From the IMG/VR virus record IMGVR_UViG_3300031227_008032: a DNA stretch of 20,000 bases, one strand, 5' to 3'. Source of the stretch: an uncultured virus (IMG/VR IMGVR_UViG_3300031227_008032). Its lineage: Duplodnaviria; Heunggongvirae; Uroviricota; Caudoviricetes. The notes under the pieces were generated by a model, which ran no database searches, was not told the DNA's origin, and worked only from the letters and a program-made list of their open reading frames with translations. The position numbers and the translations under genes were made by a program. Of this stretch, positions 9,428-17,908 are shown piece after piece (positions within the stretch are counted from its first letter, which is position 1; each line of letters begins with the position of its first letter).

Positions 9428-10993
9428 ATGAACAAGCATCTGGATGTAGTATTTATAAATATAGGAAACACTTCAAAGTCTTATCAGACTCTAATAAACG
9501 AGTTTGCAGCAATAGAACCACCTATATGGGCTCTAATGTTAGCAGCATCTGCTCAGAAGCACGGACTATCAGTAGACATTATTGATGGGGATGCAGAAAG
9601 ATTATCCCCACAAGAAATAGCAACACGAATAAAGACTCTAAAACCTACGCTAACTGTAGTTGTAGTATATGGACATAACCCCTCAGCGTCTACTCAACTT
9701 ATACCCTCAGCACAAGAAGTATGTAATGCAATATGTAACCAAACACCAGATCAAGATGTACTGTTAGTAGGTGGTCATATCGCAGCTCTACCTATTAAAA
9801 GTCTTGAAGAGATCCAAGCAACATACGCATGTGGTGGAGAAGGCTTTGCAACAATCCCAGCATTAGTAAAAGCACTACAAAGTAAAAAGAAAAAAACAAA
9901 TGATGTACCAGATTTATACTCAAATACTCCTCAAGGATATATGATACTACCTAATGCTAAAAAAAGGGCTCCTCTTGCGGATATAAACAAAGAAATTACA
10001 GATCTTCCTTGGTACCTGTTGCCTATGCAAAACTACAAAGCACATAACTGGCATTGCTTTGCAAATCCAGATAATAGACAGCCATATGGAACACTATATA
10101 CCTCACTTGGATGCCCATACAATTGTTATTTTTGTTGTATACAGGCTCCATTTAGATCAGGAGAGCGCGTATCAAACTATAAATCAAGCAGTTACAGACT
10201 ATTTGACCCAGAGTATGTATTAAGCCAAATAGATACGCTGGTAACAGAATATGGTGTAAGCAATATAAAAATAGCAGATGAATTGTTTCTATGTAATAGA
10301 GAACATGTAAAAGCTATATGTGATGGAATCATAGACAGAAACTACGACTTAAACATGTGGATATATGCTAGAAGTAACGTCATATGTAATACAGATTTGC
10401 TACCTCTAATGAAAAAAGCAGGAATGAACTGGTTTGGAATTGGAATAGAATCTGGAAACTCAAAAATACTAGAAAGTATTTCTAAAAAAACAAAGGTAGA
10501 TACTTCAAGAGAAGCAGCACACAAGCTAAGAAATGAAGGTATCTACATGGCTACAAGCTGGATATTTGGATTACCAGAAGATACTCATGACTCTATGGAA
10601 GACACTCTCTCGTTAGCACATGAATTAAATACAGAGTTTGTAAACTTCCATTGTGCCGCAGCGTATCCAGGATCTAAACTATACATTGAAGCAAAAGAAA
10701 AAGGATGGCCACTACCTAAAACATGGGGAGGCTATGCTCAATTTTCAAAAGACTTTATACCACTACCAACAAAATATTTAGATGGTTTAGAGGTATTGAA
10801 ATTTAGAGATGCTGCTTGGCAAGAATATTATTCAGAAAATAACACAGCATATAGGGCAATGATGAAGACTACATTCGGTCCACACATAATTGACCATCTA
10901 AATAGAATGACAAAAATAAAACTAGAGAGAACATATTTAAATGATTCACAACACGACCCTACCGGGACTGTTCACAGTAAGCTTACCAACTAA
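9428..10993 (+). CDS. Cobalamin-binding radical SAM enzyme (class B methyltransferase-like)
   Basis: 521 aa. N-terminal B12-binding region (EPP.W..., LVGGH..ALP, GGEG), CxxxCxxC = CPYNCYFC, DELF, GIESG and IFGLP. Confidence 0.85.
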   Translation: MNKHLDVVFINIGNTSKSYQTLINEFAAIEPPIWALMLAASAQKHGLSVDIIDGDAERLSPQEIATRIKTLKPTLTVVVVYGHNPSASTQLIPSAQEVCNAICNQTPDQDVLLVGGHIAALPIKSLEEIQATYACGGEGFATIPALVKALQSKKKKTNDVPDLYSNTPQGYMILPNAKKRAPLADINKEITDLPWYLLPMQNYKAHNWHCFANPDNRQPYGTLYTSLGCPYNCYFCCIQAPFRSGERVSNYKSSSYRLFDPEYVLSQIDTLVTEYGVSNIKIADELFLCNREHVKAICDGIIDRNYDLNMWIYARSNVICNTDLLPLMKKAGMNWFGIGIESGNSKILESISKKTKVDTSREAAHKLRNEGIYMATSWIFGLPEDTHDSMEDTLSLAHELNTEFVNFHCAAAYPGSKLYIEAKEKGWPLPKTWGGYAQFSKDFIPLPTKYLDGLEVLKFRDAAWQEYYSENNTAYRAMMKTTFGPHIIDHLNRMTKIKLERTYLNDSQHDPTGTVHSKLTN

Positions 10994-11468
10994 CTTTGAA
11001 GATTTTAGAGGTAGTTTTTTAGAACTATATAAAAAAGATACATACAAGAATGAGATACAGCAAGCAACAGGGTTTGATATAGACTTTGTACAAGACAATG
11101 CTTCAACATCTACAAAGCATGTACTTAGAGGATTCCACGGAGACAGCGTGACATGGAAATTAATTACCTGCCTTAAAGGGCGCATTTACTTTGTAGTCCT
11201 AAACTATGATAAAGAAAGCCCATACTATTTAAAACATCAAGGATTTACACTATCTGATAAAAATGGATTACAGCTTTTGATTCCACCTAACAGTGCAGGT
11301 GCTCAATTAGTTATGAGTGATTATGCTATACTACATTATAAACAATCACAATATTATAACAGAGCTTCCCAGTTTACTGTATTGTGGAATGATGAAAGAC
11401 TGGGAGTACACTGGCCTATAAATAATCCAATACTCTCAGAAAGAGATACACACGGAGACAATATTTAA
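10941..11468 (+). CDS. rmlC: RmlC-family NDP-4-keto-sugar 3,5-epimerase (cupin)
   Basis: 175 aa with FEDFRGSF.E, FVQDN.S.S..HVLRGFH and WND..LGV.WP...PILSERD. Substrate may not be dTDP-linked. Confidence 0.85.
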   Translation: MIHNTTLPGLFTVSLPTNFEDFRGSFLELYKKDTYKNEIQQATGFDIDFVQDNASTSTKHVLRGFHGDSVTWKLITCLKGRIYFVVLNYDKESPYYLKHQGFTLSDKNGLQLLIPPNSAGAQLVMSDYAILHYKQSQYYNRASQFTVLWNDERLGVHWPINNPILSERDTHGDNI

Positions 11469-12551
11469 ATGCCTAAGCAACCTACTGTACTATTAATAAA
11501 AACTAAGTGGTGTGATAATGATCCAGATAAAGGAACAAGTTACTCAGAGCATATGCTACGAAACTCGTTAGAAAATACTGGACTAGCAGCACATACACAT
11601 GTATTTTACTATGATGAGTGGTTATATAATAGCACAGACCCCAAGAATGTAGTATTAACTCCAGAGAAATACGTACTATGGGATGCAAACGAAGAGGCTT
11701 TTGTTAAATCTTTAATAGAAATACCCTCCGTTGATGACAAACTTATAACTATATGTAAAGAGCTATGTCCTGATTGTATAATATTATCTATGCCAAGACA
11801 CCCACGTAATCCAAAATATGAAACATTTAAAAAAATATATGAAGAACTTGGCATACCAATACTACCTATTTGGTGGGACGCAACAAAAGGAGGAGGAGGA
11901 TGTTGCTCAACTGTAGAAGGAGCTTTACAGCAATACACTGATTGTTTTATAGGACATATCCTACCAGATGGAATGAATAGCTCATATGTATATACAAACC
12001 CACTATATACATGGACACCAGAAGACAATAAACTATACAACAATCCAGGATTAAAAAGAGATATAGATATAAGTTATATAGGCAGCCTTGCTTCAAAACC
12101 AATAGGACGTAGCCATATAGCACAAATAAAATACAATACAAATATAGTTTTAGCAGGAGGACGTATAGAAGGAAACAAACTATCAAATGAAGAGTATGCT
12201 AACTACTATAAACGATCAAAGATAACATTAAACTTTCCCACAGATAGTATTAGAAATACTCCTCAACTTAAAGGACGAGTATTTGAAGCAACAGCCTGTG
12301 GCACAATGCTTCTACAACCAGTAGACACATACACACATAATTACTTCACACCAAGAACAGACTATGTAGAGTATAGCTCTAAAAAAGAACTTCTAAGTAT
12401 AGTAAACTACTACTTAGAACATGATAATGAGCGAATTGCTATTGCAGACTCTGGATGTAAAAAAACAACAGAAATATATAACGCAACTAACTGGTGGAAA
12501 GAAGTATTTACTCACATAAAAAAAATACATCCACAATTTAACTACGAGTAA
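11469..12551 (+). CDS. Glycosyltransferase, CgeB/Glyco_trans_1_2-like, paralogue of 7455..8447
   Basis: 360 aa with RDIDISYIGSL, KRSKITLNF, KGRVFEATACGTMLL and YYLEHDNERIAIA.SG. Confidence 0.78.
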   Translation: MPKQPTVLLIKTKWCDNDPDKGTSYSEHMLRNSLENTGLAAHTHVFYYDEWLYNSTDPKNVVLTPEKYVLWDANEEAFVKSLIEIPSVDDKLITICKELCPDCIILSMPRHPRNPKYETFKKIYEELGIPILPIWWDATKGGGGCCSTVEGALQQYTDCFIGHILPDGMNSSYVYTNPLYTWTPEDNKLYNNPGLKRDIDISYIGSLASKPIGRSHIAQIKYNTNIVLAGGRIEGNKLSNEEYANYYKRSKITLNFPTDSIRNTPQLKGRVFEATACGTMLLQPVDTYTHNYFTPRTDYVEYSSKKELLSIVNYYLEHDNERIAIADSGCKKTTEIYNATNWWKEVFTHIKKIHPQFNYE

Positions 12552-12561
12552 GTATATACAT

Positions 12562-13251
12562 ATGAAAGCAAGCATTCTAATACCAAGCATACGGCCACAA
12601 CAAGTAGATATACGAATAAAACAAATAAACAGTCAAGCACTAGACTTTGACTATGAAATAATTGTAATATCGCAGTTTAAAACAGAAGGAAATAATGTTC
12701 TTTGGATAGATGAAGGCCCTGAATTACTTTTAAACAATAAAGCATTACAAAAAGGATTTGAACAATCAACCGGAGACTATATAATATCCACAGTTGATTT
12801 ATATAGACCAACACAAAATTGTATGAGAAAAATATTACATTTTACAGCAGCACATAAAGCACCTTTTGTAGCAGCATTTGATAGAGTAGAAGATCATCCA
12901 TTTCTATTTGAAAAACGAGATGAACACAACAGAATAATAGATTGTGGAATACTAATACCGTGTACTAACTGTGTAAGTAGAGAAACAATAGCAATGCTTT
13001 CATATAATCAAATAGAAAATAAATATCTACATGATCCAATATATCAAAAAGGATTCCTAGACTGTGACCTTGCTTTAGAAGTAGATAGTCTTGGTGGATG
13101 TATAAACATCTGTAGTAAAGCAACAAACTCAGAAATAAATCAATCCTTTGATGACTTACATGGTGACCTTTCTGAGTTACCAGTATTAAAAGAAGACCTG
13201 GCTGCATTTAAGAATAAATGGGGCAATAGCTATAAGGAGTTACTACAATAA
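12562..13251 (+). CDS. Divergent GT2/GT-A-like glycosyltransferase
   Basis: 229 aa with N-terminal SILIPS.R, YEIIVI, G...STGDYI and later DCDL. The DxD position reads TVD, so it is degenerate. Confidence 0.55.
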   Translation: MKASILIPSIRPQQVDIRIKQINSQALDFDYEIIVISQFKTEGNNVLWIDEGPELLLNNKALQKGFEQSTGDYIISTVDLYRPTQNCMRKILHFTAAHKAPFVAAFDRVEDHPFLFEKRDEHNRIIDCGILIPCTNCVSRETIAMLSYNQIENKYLHDPIYQKGFLDCDLALEVDSLGGCINICSKATNSEINQSFDDLHGDLSELPVLKEDLAAFKNKWGNSYKELLQ

Positions 13252-13943
13252 TGAAAATAGCAGTAATATGCCCATCAAGAAATCGAGTAAAGATGTTAGA
13301 AGAGTGTGTAGACTCATGGAAAGCAACTACAGAAGGACACTCAGACTTCCATGTAATTCTTGATAAAGATGATGAACAAAACTACCCACGAATAGAAGGC
13401 ATAGATTATAGAATAGTAAAACGAACACAAGGCACAGTAGAACTTCTAAATGCTTCAGTAATGCCATTTGTAAATGACTATGATGCGGTATATGTAATAA
13501 ATGATGACATGGTATTCAGAACACAAGCCTGGGATACTGTCTTCATAAATAAAACAAAAGAAATGAATGACTGGGCAATACTATATGCTAACGATTTGTT
13601 CCAAGGAATAAGATGTGCGAGTCAAGTATTTGTAACTACAAACATACTAAAGGTATTTGGATTCTATGCCTATCCAAAACTAATACACCTATGGGTAGAT
13701 ACCTGGTGGCAAGACATTGGAACACCAACTGGACGAATTAAATATGTTCCAGAAGTAATCGTAGAACACATACATCCTTTCGCAGGAAAACGAGAACCTG
13801 ATAAAACATGTGATGAAGTAAACTCACAAGAGTTTGAAAATCATGATAGAAAAGTACATGGTGACTGGCGCAAAATAGACATGTGGAAAGATAGAGCAAA
13901 ACTTCTAAAAGCCTACTACAAAAGCACAAAGGATAGCTCATAA
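13251..13943 (+). CDS. GT2/GT-A-like glycosyltransferase
   Basis: 230 aa with IAVICPSRNR, VILDKDD, NDDMVFRT..WD (DxD-like), H.WVDTW and VEH.H. SD AAGGAG upstream. Confidence 0.7.
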   Translation: MKIAVICPSRNRVKMLEECVDSWKATTEGHSDFHVILDKDDEQNYPRIEGIDYRIVKRTQGTVELLNASVMPFVNDYDAVYVINDDMVFRTQAWDTVFINKTKEMNDWAILYANDLFQGIRCASQVFVTTNILKVFGFYAYPKLIHLWVDTWWQDIGTPTGRIKYVPEVIVEHIHPFAGKREPDKTCDEVNSQEFENHDRKVHGDWRKIDMWKDRAKLLKAYYKSTKDSS

Positions 13944-13950
13944 ATCTATT

Positions 13951-14973
13951 ATGCATTTATACATAAATACAAGATTAACAGATTTACCACATCCTTTTTG
14001 TGACTATACACGAGTTGATATACTTAAGTACTCATTAGCAAGTCTATCAGTAATTAACTTTACAGGTGTAACAATAAGGGTAGCTCTTGATTCACCACAC
14101 GATACGTATGCACAAGAGCTTGAAGAGCTTACAAAATCTCTATTTCCTGGTTGTCAATATGAATCACAAAATACATGTGTAGAAGAATGGAAAGAAAGAC
14201 TTCCAGAGGATTTAAAAAATTTAGACAGAACAGACCCAGTATGGTTTTTATGTAATCATGACCATATATTTTTAGCATCAGACTGTGAAGAACTAGAATA
14301 TCTACAAACACTATTTGAAGTATATCCAGATAAAAATATCTCAGTACAGTTCTCACATTGGCCAGAACTATTTTGGAAAGTAAGTAATACATATCTATCA
14401 AATGATAGAGGAGATCCTTACTTTAATCATATGGGAGTAGATTCTGTAGTTATGATAGGAAAAGAAACACTACAAAAAGCATGGAATACCTTTCATCTAC
14501 CTCCAAATACATACAGACCAAGAACAGACTATGGACCACCACCTGCAGATATTTGTTTAGAAACATATATACCCATAAAGAATGAACTATGTAGACATTT
14601 TGATGGATATTCACACGTCGGCATATCACAAACTCGTTGCCCAGCACTTAAAATCCCACCAGGATTCTGGACTAAAGATATTGTAATTAGATATGGATAT
14701 CCAGAAAATGAAAAACATACCCCCCACAGTGTAATTATTAATCCATTACTTCCTTATCATTCAGCTAATCCAAATGGAGTAGATATACAAGGAGTATTAG
14801 AAGATATACCACTATTCTGGAAACCCTATATAAAAGATATAGATATAAACCCAAACATACCAAGCAGAGAAGCGCTATTAATAGCGAGAAATAAAGCACA
14901 TACAGATATGGCAACATCATATAGGGTAAATGTTAACCAAGAATGGATAGAAAAAGGATTCTTAAAAGAATAA
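13951..14973 (+). CDS. Hypothetical protein, paralogue A (possible divergent transferase)
   Basis: 340 aa. Shares DIL.Y.LAS, EEWKE, N.DH.F.A, SH.PE, ELCRHFDGYSHVGI, CP.L.IP.GF, IRYGY and LEDIPLFWK with 15034..16125. No family recognised. Confidence 0.8.
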   Translation: MHLYINTRLTDLPHPFCDYTRVDILKYSLASLSVINFTGVTIRVALDSPHDTYAQELEELTKSLFPGCQYESQNTCVEEWKERLPEDLKNLDRTDPVWFLCNHDHIFLASDCEELEYLQTLFEVYPDKNISVQFSHWPELFWKVSNTYLSNDRGDPYFNHMGVDSVVMIGKETLQKAWNTFHLPPNTYRPRTDYGPPPADICLETYIPIKNELCRHFDGYSHVGISQTRCPALKIPPGFWTKDIVIRYGYPENEKHTPHSVIINPLLPYHSANPNGVDIQGVLEDIPLFWKPYIKDIDINPNIPSREALLIARNKAHTDMATSYRVNVNQEWIEKGFLKE

Positions 14974-15033
14974 TAACAACATTAACAGAAATAGAACAAA
15001 TATGCAAAGCAGATAAAGGCTTCTAATAGATAA

Positions 15034-16125
15034 ATGATACTATTTGTAAATACACAAATAACTCAAGAAAATACGTATGCGGCTATGCCAGCATATTCAA
15101 GAGGAAATCTACCTTCTTATAATAAAGTAGATATATTATTATATACCTTGGCAAGCTACGCCACTATTCCTTGGACACAAGTAATAATACAAATTGGATT
15201 AGATGAAGAGTATAAAAATCTAGAAGAACGTGTAGAAAATGAAATAAAAATACTTTACAAAAATCATAACCTTGTTTATAATAAACATAGAACAGCATTA
15301 ATAGAAGAATGGAAAGAAGTATACAATACCTACTTTAAAGACTTACCAGATAATCAGTCAATTTTTTACGCAGGTAACAACGATCATGTATTTATAGCAA
15401 ATAATCTAGACATGTTAACTAACTGTGAGCAAGAACTAGTAAACTCAACAGATGAGTTATGTTCAGTAATGTATTCTCACTTTCCAGAAGTATTAAAATT
15501 TTGTGCCATGAATATTATTCCATGCAATATAGAACATGGAAAACTTTATAAACCTGGAATATTAAAAGGAACTTCACGCTTAACAGATGCAATACAAATA
15601 GTAAATAAAGCCCTAATGCATTATTGGATTTTTATACGAAGCAATGCCTTTCCAGATAAAGATAAACAGTTTATGCCACGTATGGATTGGGGACCACCTC
15701 CAATGAGTAATTCTTCTATAGAACATATAGTCTTTATTAGTCTAACAGAGCTCTGTAGACATTTTGATGGATATAGTCATGTTGGAATAATTCCAGATAA
15801 TTGTCCGCCACTACATATACCAGAAGGATTTTTTGAAAACAAAATAAAAATACGTTATGGTTATGAAGATACTAACCCAGAATGGGTCAATATTCATCCA
15901 GGAAAACCACATAGATCTGTAGTAGAAAATGGAATAGATCTATGTGGTACATTAGAAGATATACCACTATTTTGGAAAGACAAGATAGTAGAAATAGATG
16001 AAAATCCTACAGTTTCAAGAGATGGATTTATTGAGTTACGTAACAAAGTCCACACTAATTTAGCAAGAGCAATAGACCCAAATATACCAGAAGAATGGAT
16101 AACTCAAGGGTATATATATAAATAA
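15034..16125 (+). CDS. Hypothetical protein, paralogue B (possible divergent transferase)
   Basis: 363 aa. Same motif series as 13951..14973 and collinear with it over the full length. Confidence 0.8.
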   Translation: MILFVNTQITQENTYAAMPAYSRGNLPSYNKVDILLYTLASYATIPWTQVIIQIGLDEEYKNLEERVENEIKILYKNHNLVYNKHRTALIEEWKEVYNTYFKDLPDNQSIFYAGNNDHVFIANNLDMLTNCEQELVNSTDELCSVMYSHFPEVLKFCAMNIIPCNIEHGKLYKPGILKGTSRLTDAIQIVNKALMHYWIFIRSNAFPDKDKQFMPRMDWGPPPMSNSSIEHIVFISLTELCRHFDGYSHVGIIPDNCPPLHIPEGFFENKIKIRYGYEDTNPEWVNIHPGKPHRSVVENGIDLCGTLEDIPLFWKDKIVEIDENPTVSRDGFIELRNKVHTNLARAIDPNIPEEWITQGYIYK

Positions 16126-16167
16126 AAAGATTTACTAAAACAATAAACAGAAAAGAAAAACAAATAA

Positions 16168-16719
16168 ATGTATAAACAACTAACAACTCAAACAATACAA
16201 GAACTACAAAAAGTAATATTAAACATAGACTCAACTGAAGTTGAACAACTAATTCAAGAAATACTGACTGTGGATAAAGTATTCTTTATAGCTGTTGGAA
16301 GGGTGTTTCTTTCACTAAACTGTTTTATTAAATACCTTGGACACTTGGGCATAAACTGTCAAATTGTAGGATCAGTTACTGAAAAACCAATAGGTCCAAA
16401 TGACTTGTTATTAATAGCCAGTGGATCAGGAGAAAGTAAACTACCAGTAACTATAGCGCAAATAGCAAAAACAAAAAATGCTAGAATAGGACTAATAACA
16501 GCGTCTAAAGATTCAACACTATTACGACTAAGTAACTTCTCAGTATATTTAGATTGCCCAACAAAAGTAAACCTAACAAATAATAAATCTGCACAATCCA
16601 TGACATTTTTATTTGACCAAAGCTTACATTTATTTGGAGATATTGTAGGTAGACTGATACAAGAAAAGCTAAACCTAACAGAAAAAGAACTTTGGAACAG
16701 ACACGCTAATTTAGAATAG
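16168..16719 (+). CDS. hxlB: SIS-domain sugar-phosphate isomerase, 6-phospho-3-hexuloisomerase (HxlB/PHI)-like
   Basis: 183 aa with DLLLIASGSGES, FDQ and the PHI-family C-terminus RHANLE. Confidence 0.8.
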   Translation: MYKQLTTQTIQELQKVILNIDSTEVEQLIQEILTVDKVFFIAVGRVFLSLNCFIKYLGHLGINCQIVGSVTEKPIGPNDLLLIASGSGESKLPVTIAQIAKTKNARIGLITASKDSTLLRLSNFSVYLDCPTKVNLTNNKSAQSMTFLFDQSLHLFGDIVGRLIQEKLNLTEKELWNRHANLE

Positions 16720-16728
16720 GAAACATAC

Positions 16729-17112
16729 ATGATAACAAAGATTACAGATATACCAACAAATACTCCATCAACTATATTTTTAGATATAGATGGGTGCATA
16801 ATTACACACCGAGGACAGGCTATAGCAACAAGCAAATGCCCTATTCTATTACCAAACATACAAAAAGAAATGCTTACTTGGCTAAGGTCTGGACATACTA
16901 TTGTAATAACAACAGGTAGAAAAGAATCACTACGTAAAAAAACTGAAGAAGAACTACAAGATTTAGGAATTACCTACAATCATTTAATTATGGGATTGCC
17001 AAGAGGTCCAAGAATAGTAATCAATGATAAAAAACCAGATATAGATATAATAGAGGTAGGAACAAAACACGCAGCAGGAGCTATAGAGCTAACTAGAGAT
17101 AGTGGATTTTAG
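16729..17112 (+). CDS. Small capless HAD-superfamily phosphatase (resembles EcbF/BcbF-type capsule-cluster phosphatases in size and motifs)
   Basis: 127 aa with motif I IFLDIDGC, motif II ITTGR, Y..LIMG and motif IV INDK. Confidence 0.7.
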   Translation: MITKITDIPTNTPSTIFLDIDGCIITHRGQAIATSKCPILLPNIQKEMLTWLRSGHTIVITTGRKESLRKKTEEELQDLGITYNHLIMGLPRGPRIVINDKKPDIDIIEVGTKHAAGAIELTRDSGF

Positions 17113-17148
17113 ATATAGATATACGCATAACAGTATATATAGAAATTT

Positions 17149-17203
17149 AAATAAAAATACTTTACAAAAATCATAAACTTACCTATAATAAGTATAGGAC
17201 AGC
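17149..17203 (+). pseudogene. Intergenic fragment homologous to coding positions 15242..15296 of paralogue B
   Basis: First 28 nt are identical (aaataaaaatactttacaaaaatcataa), and 48 of 55 nt match by manual alignment. Reading on to 17207 gives IKILYKNHKLTYNKYRTAL versus IKILYKNHNLVYNKHRTAL. Confidence 0.8.
17161..17189 (+). promoter_or_regulatory. Candidate sigma70-type promoter upstream of the RPE-family gene
   Basis: TTTACA (17161-17166), 17 nt spacer, TATAAT (17184-17189), with an A/T-rich UP-like tract upstream. Ends 41 nt before the ATG at 17231. Confidence 0.5.
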
Positions 17204-17230
17204 GCTGGAAAAACAAGGAATATCAATACA

Positions 17231-17908
17231 ATGTATTTAAGCCCATCATTTATATGTATGGATTTATTCAACCTTAAAGAGCAATTTGAAGAGTTGTATA
17301 AAAGCCCATTAATAAAAAGTATACATTACGACATAATGGATATGCATTTTGTACCAAGAGTTGGATCAGATATTCATTTCCTAAAACAACTTACAGAAAA
17401 GCAACCACTTCCTATAGATGTGCATCTAATGGTAGATAATCCTATAGATTATATAGAAAAGCTAGCAGATGCTGGAACATACTCAGTAACTTTTCATCCA
17501 GAAATAACAAAAGATATACATCAAATTATTGAACAGATTAGAGCACATAATATGAAGGTAGGATTGGCATTAAGACCTCATACTAAACTCGATACAATAT
17601 TACATTTGTTAAACGAAATAGATATGCTAACAATAATGGGATGTTCCCCAGGAGTATTTGGCTCAAAACCAACAAAAGACTTTATGGATAGAGTATACGA
17701 AGCACCACTTATGACCAAGAAACATAATACAGTAGTATATGTAGATACAGGTGTAACAATGAATACACTTCCTATTCTAAGTCAGAGAAATATACATACA
17801 GCAGTAGTTGGTAACTCAACTCTATTTGCTCCAAACACTATATTATCAGAACAACTAAAACAATTAGAACAACAATTTCTACCAAAAGGAAAATTGGAAG
17901 TATGTTAG
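17231..17908 (+). CDS. Ribulose-phosphate 3-epimerase family protein (Rpe/AlsE-like)
   Basis: 225 aa with LSPS, HYDIMD.HFVP, DVHLMV.NP, TFHPE, M..SPG and VDTGV. The His/Asp/His/Asp metal ligands are present. Confidence 0.85.
   Translation: MYLSPSFICMDLFNLKEQFEELYKSPLIKSIHYDIMDMHFVPRVGSDIHFLKQLTEKQPLPIDVHLMVDNPIDYIEKLADAGTYSVTFHPEITKDIHQIIEQIRAHNMKVGLALRPHTKLDTILHLLNEIDMLTIMGCSPGVFGSKPTKDFMDRVYEAPLMTKKHNTVVYVDTGVTMNTLPILSQRNIHTAVVGNSTLFAPNTILSEQLKQLEQQFLPKGKLEVC

Noticed and set aside
14590..15971. 21-nt identical blocks as CRISPR or recombination repeats
   Set aside because: They are in-frame conserved motifs of two paralogous genes, with no regular spacing.
15242..17207. Repeat pair as a diversity-generating retroelement TR/VR
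   Set aside because: Mismatches are not adenine-specific (several T/C changes), the coding copy is N-terminal rather than C-terminal, the repeat is short, and no reverse transcriptase is in the window.
16168..17908. RuMP formaldehyde-fixation operon, or GmhA/GmhB heptose genes
   Set aside because: No hexulose-phosphate synthase is in the window. The SIS protein has the PHI-type HANLE end rather than GmhA motifs, and the HAD lacks the GmhB DRDG and zinc motifs.
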